Below are positions 23,890-35,099 of a stretch of 64,000 nt of DNA, piece by piece (position 1 is the stretch's first letter; each line of letters starts with the position of its first letter). The notes under the pieces are model-generated. The model was not told the origin of the DNA. It did no database searches and worked only from the letters and a program-made list of their open reading frames with translations. Source of the DNA: Cycas panzhihuaensis (lineage: Eukaryota; Plantae; Cycadophyta); NCBI GenBank assembly GCA_023213395.1, contig CM041465.1, forward strand, positions 191,215,741 through 191,279,740, in the 5' to 3' direction. The translations under genes and the position numbers were made by a program.

Positions 23890-24624
23890 ATGGCTGTTGT
23901 GATGAATCATAGAGGAGCGGTGGATTATATTTCCAAGGTTCTGCTACAGGGCTTTGTTCTCATATTTCTTCTATTTATAAACAGGATCCGCATGTCCTCC
24001 TTCACATTCATCAATGACTACGAATACACGGTATGGCCCAAAATCCTAGCGAACACGGGCACAAAGGCATTGTCGACCACAGGTTTCGAACTCGATCCAA
24101 GGCAGACCGCAACGGTGGCCGCCCCGACGGGATGGTCGGGCCAGCTCTGGGGACGAATGGCCTGCACGTTTGATTCCGAGGGAAAGGGCACGTGCGGCAT
24201 CGGGGATTGCGGAGGGTCGCTAGAATGCAACGGCATGGGCGCCACACCCCCCACCACTCTAGCGGAATTCACTCTGGGCCGTGGCTCGCTCTAGGATTTC
24301 TACGATGTCAGCCTCGTGGACGGTTACAATCTCCCGATGCTCGTTACTGCCAAGGGCGGCAACGACACCAGCAGCGCCACAGGGTGCATAATGGACCTCA
24401 ATCTCAGCTGTCCAAAGGAGCTCCAAGTTGATGCCGCCAGTGACGACGACGCTGCCCGAGGATCCATGGCCTGCAAAAGTGCCTACGAAGCCTTTGGGAC
24501 TCTCGAATATTGCTACAGCGGAGCGTTTGGCAATGCCGATACCTGCAAACCTTCGAATTATTCCCAATTGTTCAAGACTGCCTGCCCCAGATCGTACAAC
24601 TATGCCACAGAAGATGCCACCTGA
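23890..24624 (+). pseudogene. Captured thaumatin-like protein (PR-5 family) pseudogene
   Basis: Hydrophobic leader, then YTVWP, WSGQLWGR, CGIGDCG, PPTTLAEFTL, *DFYDVSLVDGYNLPM, CPKEL and FKTACPRSY. TAG at 24292-24294, several Cys>Tyr changes, truncated C-terminus. Confidence 0.93.
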
Positions 24625-25019
24625 ATTTGACAGTCGCCAAGGCCTGGTCCACGGGAGCCGCCACCTAACGGACAGGAACCGCCACCTTGCCAAACGGAGC
24701 CGCCAAGGGAGCTGTCGCCACTCTCTGCATAGCCACCATGACAAGGAAGACAGTCGTCAATCGACGTCACCAGGAACGGCACCGCCAAGGAACGAAAAAT
24801 CGACGGCCAACAAAAAAAGAATTAAATTTACATAATTTTTTAATGTTTATAACTTTATGTTATAAACATAAGTATATTCTTTTGAATATACTTTTTAATA
24901 TTAATCTTTTTTATAGTTTATCATTTTAATATTTTATTGAGGTGATATTCTATTTTCTTTTAGTATAATATTTCAAGAGAAATCTCTTTGAATGATATTA
25001 TTTTATCATCGGGGTTAAG

Positions 25020-25700
25020 AGAATTTAATCTCTTTATTAATTCTCTTTAAACATTTTGGTGGCATAAAAGAGCCTTTTTGGCAACATTTAAAGAATACTT
25101 TAAGAGGATTGTATTAAAGTACTTAATCCTCTTCTTTAAAAGTATCTATTGGTGGCACAAAAGATCAAATTTTTTGCAGACATATAAAGTACCTCAAGAG
25201 GATTCTAATGCAGCTTATCCTCTTCTTAAGGTACATTTTGATTGCACAAAAGTACTTTTTGATAAGTATTTTAAGAGGATCTTAATGTAATTTATCCTCT
25301 TTAAAAGAGATGTTATTGGTGGCATAAAGATGCTTTAAGAGGATTATTAATGTGGCACATCCTCTTCTTTTTAAAGGCATCTTTTGGTGACATAAAACAA
25401 CACCTTTGGTGAAACATAAAAGGATATAATACCTTATGAAGACTATAAGCTTTCAAGCTTTATTATGTCCTCTTTTAAGGGTATTTCTTGGCTTCAATGT
25501 AAGAGTACTTCATGCATATTTTTTCATGTACTTTATCCCCGTTAGAGTATATACTTTGACTCTATTTTAAGAGGGTTCTTCAATGTACTTTGAGAGAATT
25601 TTGTAAGGGGAGTTTTTAATGTACTTAGTCCTCTTTTTAAAGCACTTTAAGAGGATCTTTTAATGTACTTCATCTTCTTTTAACGATGTATTTAAAAGGT
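25020..25700. repeat. Degenerate AT-rich repeats (AAGAGGAT...AATGTACTT..TCCTCTT) of the D/E backbone; inverted counterpart ~41340-41850
   Basis: The motif recurs many times in both elements. Confidence 0.6.
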
Positions 25701-26597
25701 GTTTTAAACCTTTATTTGTACTCTCATTAAGTGTAATCCACCTTGCGGTCACTGAGTGATGTATAACACTCACACTTGCGGTGATTTAAAACACTATTTC
25801 TCCTTAATTTCTTAATTACAGACTTCATAAAATGTCTGTGAATTACTAGCTAAAATTTGCTAGATTCACTAAGACAAAATGTAAGTTCTATGTAACACTT
25901 TCCAGTCTTACAAAAACCTATGGGAGTTGTTGAAGGAGAAGACAGGAAGCCTAATCATATCCAATTAAAGGCAACATGGTGTGGCACAATATATCACAAC
26001 ATGGTGTCATACAACATGATATGACATGACATGACAGAACAGGAACCTGGAACACTAGCATTCATCAATTTGCTAGTGGTTGATGAGAAGATTGCTCATC
26101 TTTATTTGCTTGCATATGATACAAAATGACTCTTAATGATTTATTAGAGTCTTGATACTTGTTTACTCTTTAAATATGTCTAGTCTCTTCATGTGTAGAA
26201 ACTGAAAGAGACGAGTTACTTATGTTGTTGAATTGTAGAGTAAATAACTCTTATCAACCTGCATGAGACTTATCATACCTTTGTAGACTACCTTAACCTC
26301 TTTCATTTCTGAGTTGGGTAGCTAATTGCTGAAGCATATTGTGTTATGGTAATGATAATAGCAGTGTTGTGGTGTTAATGAAAACACCTAACAATTCTAT
26401 GAAGCAATAGTGTCTTGGAAAATGACGATAATGCATAAAATCAAACACGATATTGTAAGCCAAGATTATGACATTTGGAAAAGTAGGACAATGGGCGTGA
26501 TGTTCACGCATTGATGATCACAACTAGCATGTACTGCATGAGGATGATGAAATCCTCTTTTGGGAGCTTTGTAAAGGCAACTGCACAGGCAAATTAA

Positions 26598-26835
26598 GGA
26601 CAGGATGTGGATGACACCTAATTCTGGTTGATCATAATCAATGATAGGATGTGCATTGACCACTTAGTTCTGGTTGAGTCAATTCAACGACAGGATGTGG
26701 ATGACACTTAGTTCTGGTTGAACCAAATCAACGACAGGATGTGCATTGACCACTTGGTTCTGGTTGATGTCTTGTAGCAGTTAAAGGCCAAATCAACGAC
26801 AGGATGTGCATAGCACCTAATTCTGGTTGATCTCT
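26598..26835. repeat. ~45-50-bp tandem repeat in D; counterpart ~40195-40440 in E
   Basis: About five GGATGTG..TGAC.ACTTAGTTCTGGTTGA units. Confidence 0.75.
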
Positions 26836-29800
26836 TGATGTGGATAGTTTATTCCACCAAGACAATATGCAAAGTAGCAGTCACAGCATTCGGAAAGCCA
26901 TTTTGGGCTTAATTGACTTCTTCAGTTGTTCTACTACAACAAAATACCTTTCAACTATCGAAGAATTGGGATTCCATGACAGAGTCAAACTTGTGGAAGA
27001 TCACCATCATTCTATTCGATAGCATATGGAGTATGACATGGTTGAGTTAATGTATTGTCCCTCAAGTTGTATTCTCACTTAGACTTTAAGTTGTGAGAAA
27101 TTTTGAGAGAATTAGGACATTGATGTTTATGTAAGGAAATGAACTTAACATTATGGGAGGGTGTTGTAATAATGTACATTCCCATTACATGTCCATTTAA
27201 GTTCATTTCATTTCATTAGAATAATTGCTCACATAGAATATTCTAGTGAGAGAAGATTCTTAGTCAAAGGTTCTAGAAGTCAAAGATGCTCAACTATTAA
27301 TGAGGTAGTTTGAGCACACCAAAAATCATGGAAGTTGTTGAACCACCTCCTATGTTTAAACTTGGTGTAAAGTTATAAATATGCACTTGTATCATTCATA
27401 TTTTCTTAATGAGATTTGGAGAGTTGTGAGTCATTTGTCGTATTGTCATCTCTTGTGTTTTCACATGTGCTTTATGACATGTCTCCTACTCCTATCCACT
27501 CATTCCTACATCAAAACAGTAATAGCTCTTGCAGCTTTGTACAATTTAAAAATTTTCCAACTTGACATGAAGAGTGCATTCTTAAATGGTGATCTTGAAG
27601 AGGATGTATACATGGCACAACCTGAAGGTTATATAAGAAAAGGACAAGAACATTTGGTGTGCAAGTTAAGAAAGGTATTATACAGATTGAAGCAAGCTCC
27701 TCGTGCTTGGTATGCCAAGTTGGATCAACATTTGTGTAATAACAGCTTTCAACGTTGCAACTCAAATTCCAGTCTGTATATAAAGAAAAAAGGTGATCAA
27801 ATTACTGTAATTGTTGTTTATGTAGATGACATGATATTGATAGGAAACGATGATAAGTCAATCATAGAAATAAAAGAACAGCTGCGAAGGAAATTTGAAA
27901 TGACCGATCTTGTTCTTCTTAACTATTACCTAGGATTAGAAGTGAATCAACAGCGAGAATATATCTCCATCTCACAAAGTAAATACATAAGGGATTTATT
28001 GGAAAAATTCGAAATGGCAGACTGCAATCCATGTGCTACCCCCATGGAGATCAATTGCAACTTAGTACCAGATGAAGAAGAACAGACAGTTGATGTCACT
28101 CTGTATAGACAATTGGTCGGCAGTTTGATTTATCTTACAGCTACTAGACCCGACATATCCTACTCCGTTGGAATACTTCCCAGGTATATGAGGGAACCTG
28201 GAATAAGACATTGGAAGGCAGCTTGGAAAATATTGAGATATCTACGTGGAACAATTGAACTGCAATTAATCTACTCATGGAAAGAATCAATAGAACTCAT
28301 TGGGTATTGTGATCCAAATTGGGCAGGAGATAAAAGTCAAAGAAAATCAACCAGTGGCTATTGTTTCTTTCTAGGATCAGTAGCAGTCTCTTGGTGCAAC
28401 AAAAAACAATCGACTGTCGCACTCTCATCAACAAGGTAATACAACGCAGTAGTAATCATGACTGCGGAAGGCCTGCCTCAAGCGACCCAGTTGACCTAAA
28501 TCATCCTCAAAACAGTGCGACAACAGCATACTGTGACAATCAATGTACTATCAAGCTGACTAAAAATCTTGTTTTCCATGCAAGAACCAAACACATTGAA
28601 GTCCACCATCATTTTATAGGGGAAAAAGTTCATAACAAAGAAATCGGATTAGAATATTATTCCACTACAGAACAAATTGCAGATCTGTTGACCAAGTCAT
28701 TGGGAAAAGAAAAATTCCAATACTTGAGAGACAAGATAGGCTTAAAAGAGATAAAACATTAAGAGAGGGTGTTAAGAGGTAATGTTTTATCATGATGTAA
28801 TTAACACACATAATCATGACATGTGTCATAATATCTGAGGTTGGTTATATACCAAGAAAATAACGGTTACCAACCACATCATGTACTTAAGGAAATCATT
28901 CTCTCAATAATATCGTTGAGTTTTCTCATCAACCTTTCTGTCTCCTAAATTCAAATCAACATGTGCCCTCTCGAGGAGTATTCGAAAGGAATCCTATGTG
29001 GTTTCATTGAAGATGGATTTGTGTTTCAAAGGGAAGTTCCTATTGGGAGAAGAAAGAGGCGTGCTCTATCGAATAAAAAGTAAAGTACTACAATTTCAAT
29101 TAGCAGTCTCTCTCCCCGGTGATGAAAGTAGAGACGTCCTTGCCCAGCCGTAAAACGCCTAAGCATAAGATAAGCATAAGATGTGACGCCTAAGCATGCT
29201 GCAGGAAAAGAAAAAAAAACCACAGTGATCGAACGAGACCTGAGAGGTCATTAGATTTCATGGTAATAGGCTAGTGAAGACGCATAAAATCATCGCTAGA
29301 CACCTCACGTAGGTCGATTAATACGAAGATACAAATAGGCCTGCAACGCCTTTAATGCGAAGATGCCCATACAAACCAAGCAGTCGAGAGGTAATACAAA
29401 GTAAATCGAAAGCCATGAGAAGACGAGCACTAGAACTGCCATACGAAGATGAAAAGAATACGAATTGAATCATTCGAGCATGGATTCGATTGATTGGGTG
29501 CAGATTATTTTGTAATGCAATGCATATACAAACAAATTTTTGCTGCCAAAAACTTAGGCTAAAATTTATTTATTCTTTGCTAGTGTTTCATATACATGAA
29601 GATGCCGTTAATTTGTTTTTGAATGACAACTAGGCCCCAGTCACGTTGTTTAAAAAGGACTATATCATTTTCTAGCTCACTGAAAAGCCTATTACAAAAA
29701 CAAAACACTTTTCTTTTGTAATTTTTGTGTTCTTCATGATGACTATAGTCATATGAGAATTCAGATTCCTTACATAGTGACCGATGATTTAATATGTTTT

Positions 29801-31350
29801 GTCGGCACTCTGCATAGTGACTGAGGACTCCACGGTCAATATTTTCAAATAAAAATTGTGTACGCTATCTTAGGGCTATTCAACGCCTGTTGTTTTCTTG
29901 TGGTTGTGTATATTTTGTCTCATTTTACATTAAAAATGGGTGGAAAATGCTTGTTTTCCTGTTCAAGTGAATTGCCTCAAAGAACCTGTCATAACTGCAA
30001 TCAACTAAGCCACATCATAAGAGATTGTAATATATTGTAATCTCATTGTATATCTTTTTTATCCACATTTCCTATGCATTCAAAATCTATTGTTGATCAC
30101 TTCAATGACCCCCACTTCTCCCATTCCTTCTTGCAGCGCTTATGACCATGTTTGTGCTAACTTCCCAAAGTATCACCACTATCTTGAGAATTCAGGGGAT
30201 CTTTCATCCACATCATACAAGTGCCATGATCACTTTTATACAAGATGTAATAGGTCACGAACACAAACATCTGCAAATTCAGGTTACATGTCAATTATCT
30301 CCAACAAAAGGAACAAGATTGATCAAATTTTTATGACATGCAGGACTTAGCAGGCAGTGGATGGAAGATATTGTCAAAACAGGACCAAGCAGCTCCACAT
30401 GCGACCATCTATACTTCGAGGGTGAAATATATCAAAGCCAGGGGAGACATTGTGTTCCTTATTTCCGAAGGAGTTGGTATTTAGGAGAAAGAAGATTTGC
30501 TAATGTGAAGTCCGTATTTTTATGAGAGAAAATTAGAAGTCAGTTTTAAAGAGAGAAAAATAGGGCTATGAATAGAGATCATTATTCATTTGCAGACGAA
30601 CCATTAGGTCACTATTGTGCCATGTGGGAGGAAACCCTCGCCTTGAAAAGGCCATTATACTGCTGTTGTTTCATCTGACATTACCAATTATTTGACTGTC
30701 ATAATCTGAGTACTTGCTGAAATATCTGATATTATTCTGTGAAATGATTATTATTTGCTACTATCTCTGAATTATTGTATAAATCTGTGGTCATATATGC
30801 TAAAATATTATTACATGGTTGATGTATAATGCAAATGTTATAATTTCTGTCAATTATCTGTGGCCATTGCCACATTGAATTTTGGTTTTCTCGGTGTAGC
30901 CTCTAGAGTGATTATCTTCATTTCCCTAGCAAGCATAAGTAGCAAGCTCCAGTGCTCAAGATTATTTTATTTTGATTTTGAGTTGGTCAAGCCTCAGGGC
31001 TCAAACACAAGCTACAAGTTGTTAGCTTCCCATCTTTGAGTACAGGACAATAAAGGCTTCACACAATAAAGCTAGCAATGTGAAATTTCAAATACCTTCT
31101 TACATTCAACAAAATACAGAGCTACCGTTGCCATGTGAAAATGGCACCAAGGAAACTCCCCATTTGGCAGCTGCATCATAAGCCTGATGGTTTCTACTCT
31201 ATCAAGACTTTCCTAAAATGGCCAAACAATTAAGGAGCCGATTTTAATTTTGAAGAATGATGCACCACAAAAAATGGCAATTTAATCATCCATGGAGGAT
31301 TCATCAGACAAAGAAAATTTGTCAAATGCATTAAATTGCCCTCTACTCCA

Positions 31351-31564
31351 GTTATGATAGGAATTGTACAGCTAATGACAATACTTACCAACTTCACATC
31401 TCTAGTTAGATAACTCACATGTAGCTGCACATCATCTTTTCTCTTCATGGAGAAGTAGTGCATGGAAAGGAAGACGACTTGACTTTTGCAGGACCAATCC
31501 TGGTAAAATATTGATTCCTACTGCTCTTTTCACACTCTGAACATACTGTCTGATGGCACAGACA
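31351..31564 (-). pseudogene. Degenerate tandem copy of RAPTOR exon 31711-31795 plus its downstream intron
   Basis: Direct repeat of ~31583-31792. Reads VCAIRQYVQSVKRAVGINILPGL, has a 1-nt deletion, and has lost the acceptor AG. Confidence 0.88.
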
Positions 31565-31710
31565 GCATGTTCAGATATAATCGTTATGACAGCAATTTGT
31601 CCAGTTAATGACAATATTTACCAACTTTCTACTTAGATAATATACATGTAGCTGCATGTCATTTTTTTTCTTCATGGAAAACTAGTGCATGAGAAGGAAG
31701 AGAATTTGAC

Positions 31711-31795
31711 CTTTGATGGATCCAATCCTGGTAGAAAATCAATCCCTACTACTCTTTCCACACTCTGAACATGCTGTCTGATGGCACAGACAAGC
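31711..31795 (-). CDS. RAPTOR1: RAPTOR exon: (M)LVCAIRQHVQSVERVVGIDFLPGLDPSK
   Basis: TTGCAG|G acceptor, AAG|GTCAAA donor, 85 nt, phase-compatible with the previous exon. Contains the VERVVG..F.PGLDP.K motif. Confidence 0.92.
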
Positions 31796-32117
31796 CTGCA
31801 ATAATCCAGAGAGCTGTCAGAACCAGTTAAAACATAAATGATCAAAATGCACAAAAAATAGGGCATGAAAACAAGTCAAACCAAATTAACAACAAATTCA
31901 ATATAATCAGTACACAAATACACTGAATTAAAGATAACCGTATGTTAATTCATAGTGTGGCACTTGAAATTATACCTGCTAACTAGAAAGAAGAACCAAA
32001 ATTACTCTTTGCATTCACTTTATTCTTCTCAAATATAATACGTAAGTCATAGGATAATCATACATACCAAACGCATTACTTTCTAGGGCACTAAAATTAT
32101 CAGACATAGTAACTTAC

Positions 32118-32203
32118 ATTTCCCGAGTTCGAATGTCAAATAACCTAACTGACCCATCACCACAGCCTGCTGCTAGTTGCCCACCATGAACCTGTGATGC
32201 AGA
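32118..32203 (-). CDS. RAPTOR1: RAPTOR exon: [28 protein letters not shown](M)
   Basis: Not in the ORF track; read manually. ATGCAG|TCT acceptor, AT|GTAAGT donor, 86 nt. Continues ...[18 protein letters not shown] as in plant RAPTOR. Confidence 0.93.
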
Positions 32204-35099
32204 CTGCATGCCACAAGAAAAATTTCAAAATTATACCAACAACTAGTCCAAGATTCACCATAGTTTCGTCTCTGATACAATAAATATGATCATCACAGTG
32301 TGAAAATAACTTATCACGTTACATATCAAACAACTTTAACCATGTACTAGCGCAAAAGAGGGCTTCAATTTTTCACATGATTTAGGCTTTGAATTCATTA
32401 GAGGAGGAAAAAAATGACCAAACATTCAAACAGAAAATGAATGCGGCTGACAATGAAATTTTGTGAGGAAAATAAAGCAAGAGGTAATAAAAATTGAACA
32501 ACACTAGAAAGCAGAAATCAAATTTATTCTTGAACTAACCACCAAAAGTATCCATGTACATATCCCAGACAGAAAAACACGGCAACAAGAGATGCACATT
32601 CATTTTTCAAAGTTGGGATCTTGGATGTTAGCTACCAAAGTAAGCAATACATCCTTTGCATCAGACATTTGTCAACATAGAATCAGAGACATTCATCGGT
32701 TGCTCTTACAACTAACAGACTTGAAAAAACACAAAAGTTGAAGTATGTTGAACACTGCAAATATGATTAAAATTAATGCACTACATACATTTTATGCTAA
32801 CAATCTGAGCTTGCCATCCTCTATGGAATATGTTAATATGGGCAGACCCACTTAATGTCCTTCAAGTTGTTTTGGAAAGCTACCCAGGTATGCCGCTCAT
32901 ACACATTGATTCATATGTCCTACAGCAAGCAATGGAAGCATGAAAATGATTACCCACAGCATCTTAAAAAATGGCAACCAGACATTACAATATTAAACAT
33001 CAAAACCATTACATATCTAACGGAGCACTGCAGCTATTAGATGGCCACATTTAATCAATAATCTCTGGCATAATGGCACTGTCTACATTACAAATTATAA
33101 CAAAATCTAAGCACTTACATTAGGTGAAAAAGGATATATTAAATAACAAGTTGACATGTGACTCTATTTTTATTTTTTTGTAACAGACTCTGACAAGGAC
33201 TCCTATAGGAGTACATATTTATATTTATATCTGAATAGAGGAGGAAAACAAGGGAATCTGATTGTAGCAATTATTTTCCACAGGCATGCCCTTGGGTCCC
33301 ATTTCCAAAATGTTGCTTTCAACTCATTTCTGGTTGTTTCTAAGCCATTTCTGCATTTCTGAGGATTTTTAGAAATTGGCATTTCGGCACTTTTCCATTT
33401 CTGTTTCCACATTTCAAGCTATTTAGATGCATATTGGTGTGATTCTTCTATCTGTCATCTCTTGCAATCATTCTTTGATGCCATTTTTCCTTGCAAAAGA
33501 ATTCCCCCATCCTAACACAAATATAGCATGGAAATGCTACAAACCCTAATAGGGCATTAGCATCCAACAAATCCACTTAGACACACCAGTGTAGGAAAAA
33601 AGAATAATAATAACATAGTTATACACACACACACACACATATAACAAATTAATGACATCATCAAAAAAATTCATCCACATATAACCTGCACTAGATAGTA
33701 CCTACCTAGCCTTCCACACTAATTTTTCATTTCTAGCCCACCACCCTTTCAATATATAATATATAAATAGTGTATGATTCCATTATGTGCACTCATTTCA
33801 AAAACTAGGGGAAGAGTCCAATATGGACACTCAATTCAAAATAATGGGGGGTCCATTTTCATTACAACACAAATTTCAAAACAATTGGCAGAATGTCCGA
33901 ATATTGTTTACCATAAATAAGTAGCTAATGAATTGAAGATTGGATTAAGATTGAACAAACCATGAACATTTCTATTGGGAAGATTGGGAAAATCCTGACC
34001 ACTGTTATTAGCCAATGGAGAAAATTTTAAGAGAATGGCTAATTTGAATGCAATATTAAAATCTTTAGCATTCCTTTATATCTAAAATATCTATAATATA
34101 GATAGCAAAAGCATGCAAAAATTGGGTGCCACATCTGTCCATCCACAGTGACAAAAGTCTGATATAATATATGATATTGTACTATATTATGTTATATACT
34201 CCACATATTAAATGTCATATACACTATGATACAACCACCATGTGTTTGTAAATATGAACATATATGTGTGATGGAACCCACCCAAAAGGAGGAATAATAA
34301 CCCAATGATTGTCCACTTTTGGCTTTGTGTTGTATATGAGTGAGCACACTATCGGAGACAAATCCCAATGTGTGTGCATTTACATATGAGAATGGCGTTG
34401 GAGCTACATTTGAATGTGCATTTGATGTGGATGAGAACTGGACCATACAAAAGCACCATATGTGATGGATTGGACTGGCATCAAGAAACTATTAAGAAAG
34501 AAAATGGGGCAAATGCTAGAAGGACTAGTATTAATGCCCAAGTAGTGATGCAAGAAGGTTCTCTTCCAAGTACGGGAAGAGAACCATTAATGGGTTGTTG
34601 CACATAACGTGCCCCAACAAATCCCAACTTTTGGGGGATTGGTAGTCCAGCATTAGATGGTTGACATGAATTCAATAGAACTGAGAGAAAATCAAGAATT
34701 TTCAATTGGGAGAGAAATTCTGTCTATCAGGAGTTGCCAGAATAGTGCAGACTGTGTATATGAATTGTTGGAACAGTACAAACTACAATTATAATTTTAT
34801 GTGCTCAATGTTGGGAATCATGCATTTGATTGTAGGCATGCATGATGCTATAGTTCTTGCCCAATGTGCATCATGTCTTCTCTTGACTTGACTTTCAAAG
34901 GGAAAGCTGAGAGTCAGTACACCATGGGCTGAAGCCCAAGTGATCTTTGGTGCCTAAGTAGGTGCCACACAACTGTGATGCTTGGCTACAACTGCAAAGA
35001 TCAACAAATGACACTATGGTTGACTTGAGTGTGATTATACGTGAACTGAGACTAGATGTCTAGTTAATTATTATTGCGCAGAAACTGTCGTAATACACT

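Larger units (their letters stand above)
23281..27510 (+). mobile_element. Non-autonomous copia-derived LTR element D nested in the RT of C, carrying a host gene
   Basis: LTRs 23281-23644 and 27162-27510, PBS 23645-23656, PPT ATGGGAGGG. The only recognisable pol trace is an RNase H remnant (FHDRVKLVEDHHHSIR). Confidence 0.92.
19509..28961 (+). mobile_element. Ty1/copia element C with short 192-bp LTRs
   Basis: LTRs 19509-19700 and 28770-28961 (6 mismatches counted), PBS TGGTATCAGAGC 19701-19712, PPT AAGAGAGGG, TSD TGTGT/TGTGC. Gag has two knuckles, followed by WFIDSGAS, RSDGGGEY, YVDD and RNase H. Confidence 0.95.

Noticed and set aside
23890-24624. Functional resident thaumatin gene nested in RAPTOR
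   Set aside because: It has an internal stop, lost cysteines and a truncated C-terminus, and it lies between LTRs.
26466-26663. Similar short ORFs in D and E (HASCDHQC; 40368-40631)
   Set aside because: The similarity is explained by DNA homology of the backbones. The ORFs are antisense to the elements and their frames differ internally.
26598-26835. Regularly spaced repeats resembling a CRISPR array (also 12972-13150 and 14600-14960)
   Set aside because: The context is eukaryotic, the units are degenerate without unique spacers, there are no cas genes, and all lie inside retroelements.
28962-31020. LTR-like and zinc-knuckle-like remnants (CHNCNQLSHIIRDC; also 19390-19508, 33200-35000 and 52130-53600)
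   Set aside because: Probably old TE debris, but I could not define termini, TSDs or family with enough support.
31432-31614. Mutually exclusive alternative RAPTOR exon
   Set aside because: The acceptor is replaced by an inverted tract and there is a 1-nt deletion. Kept only as a dead duplicate.
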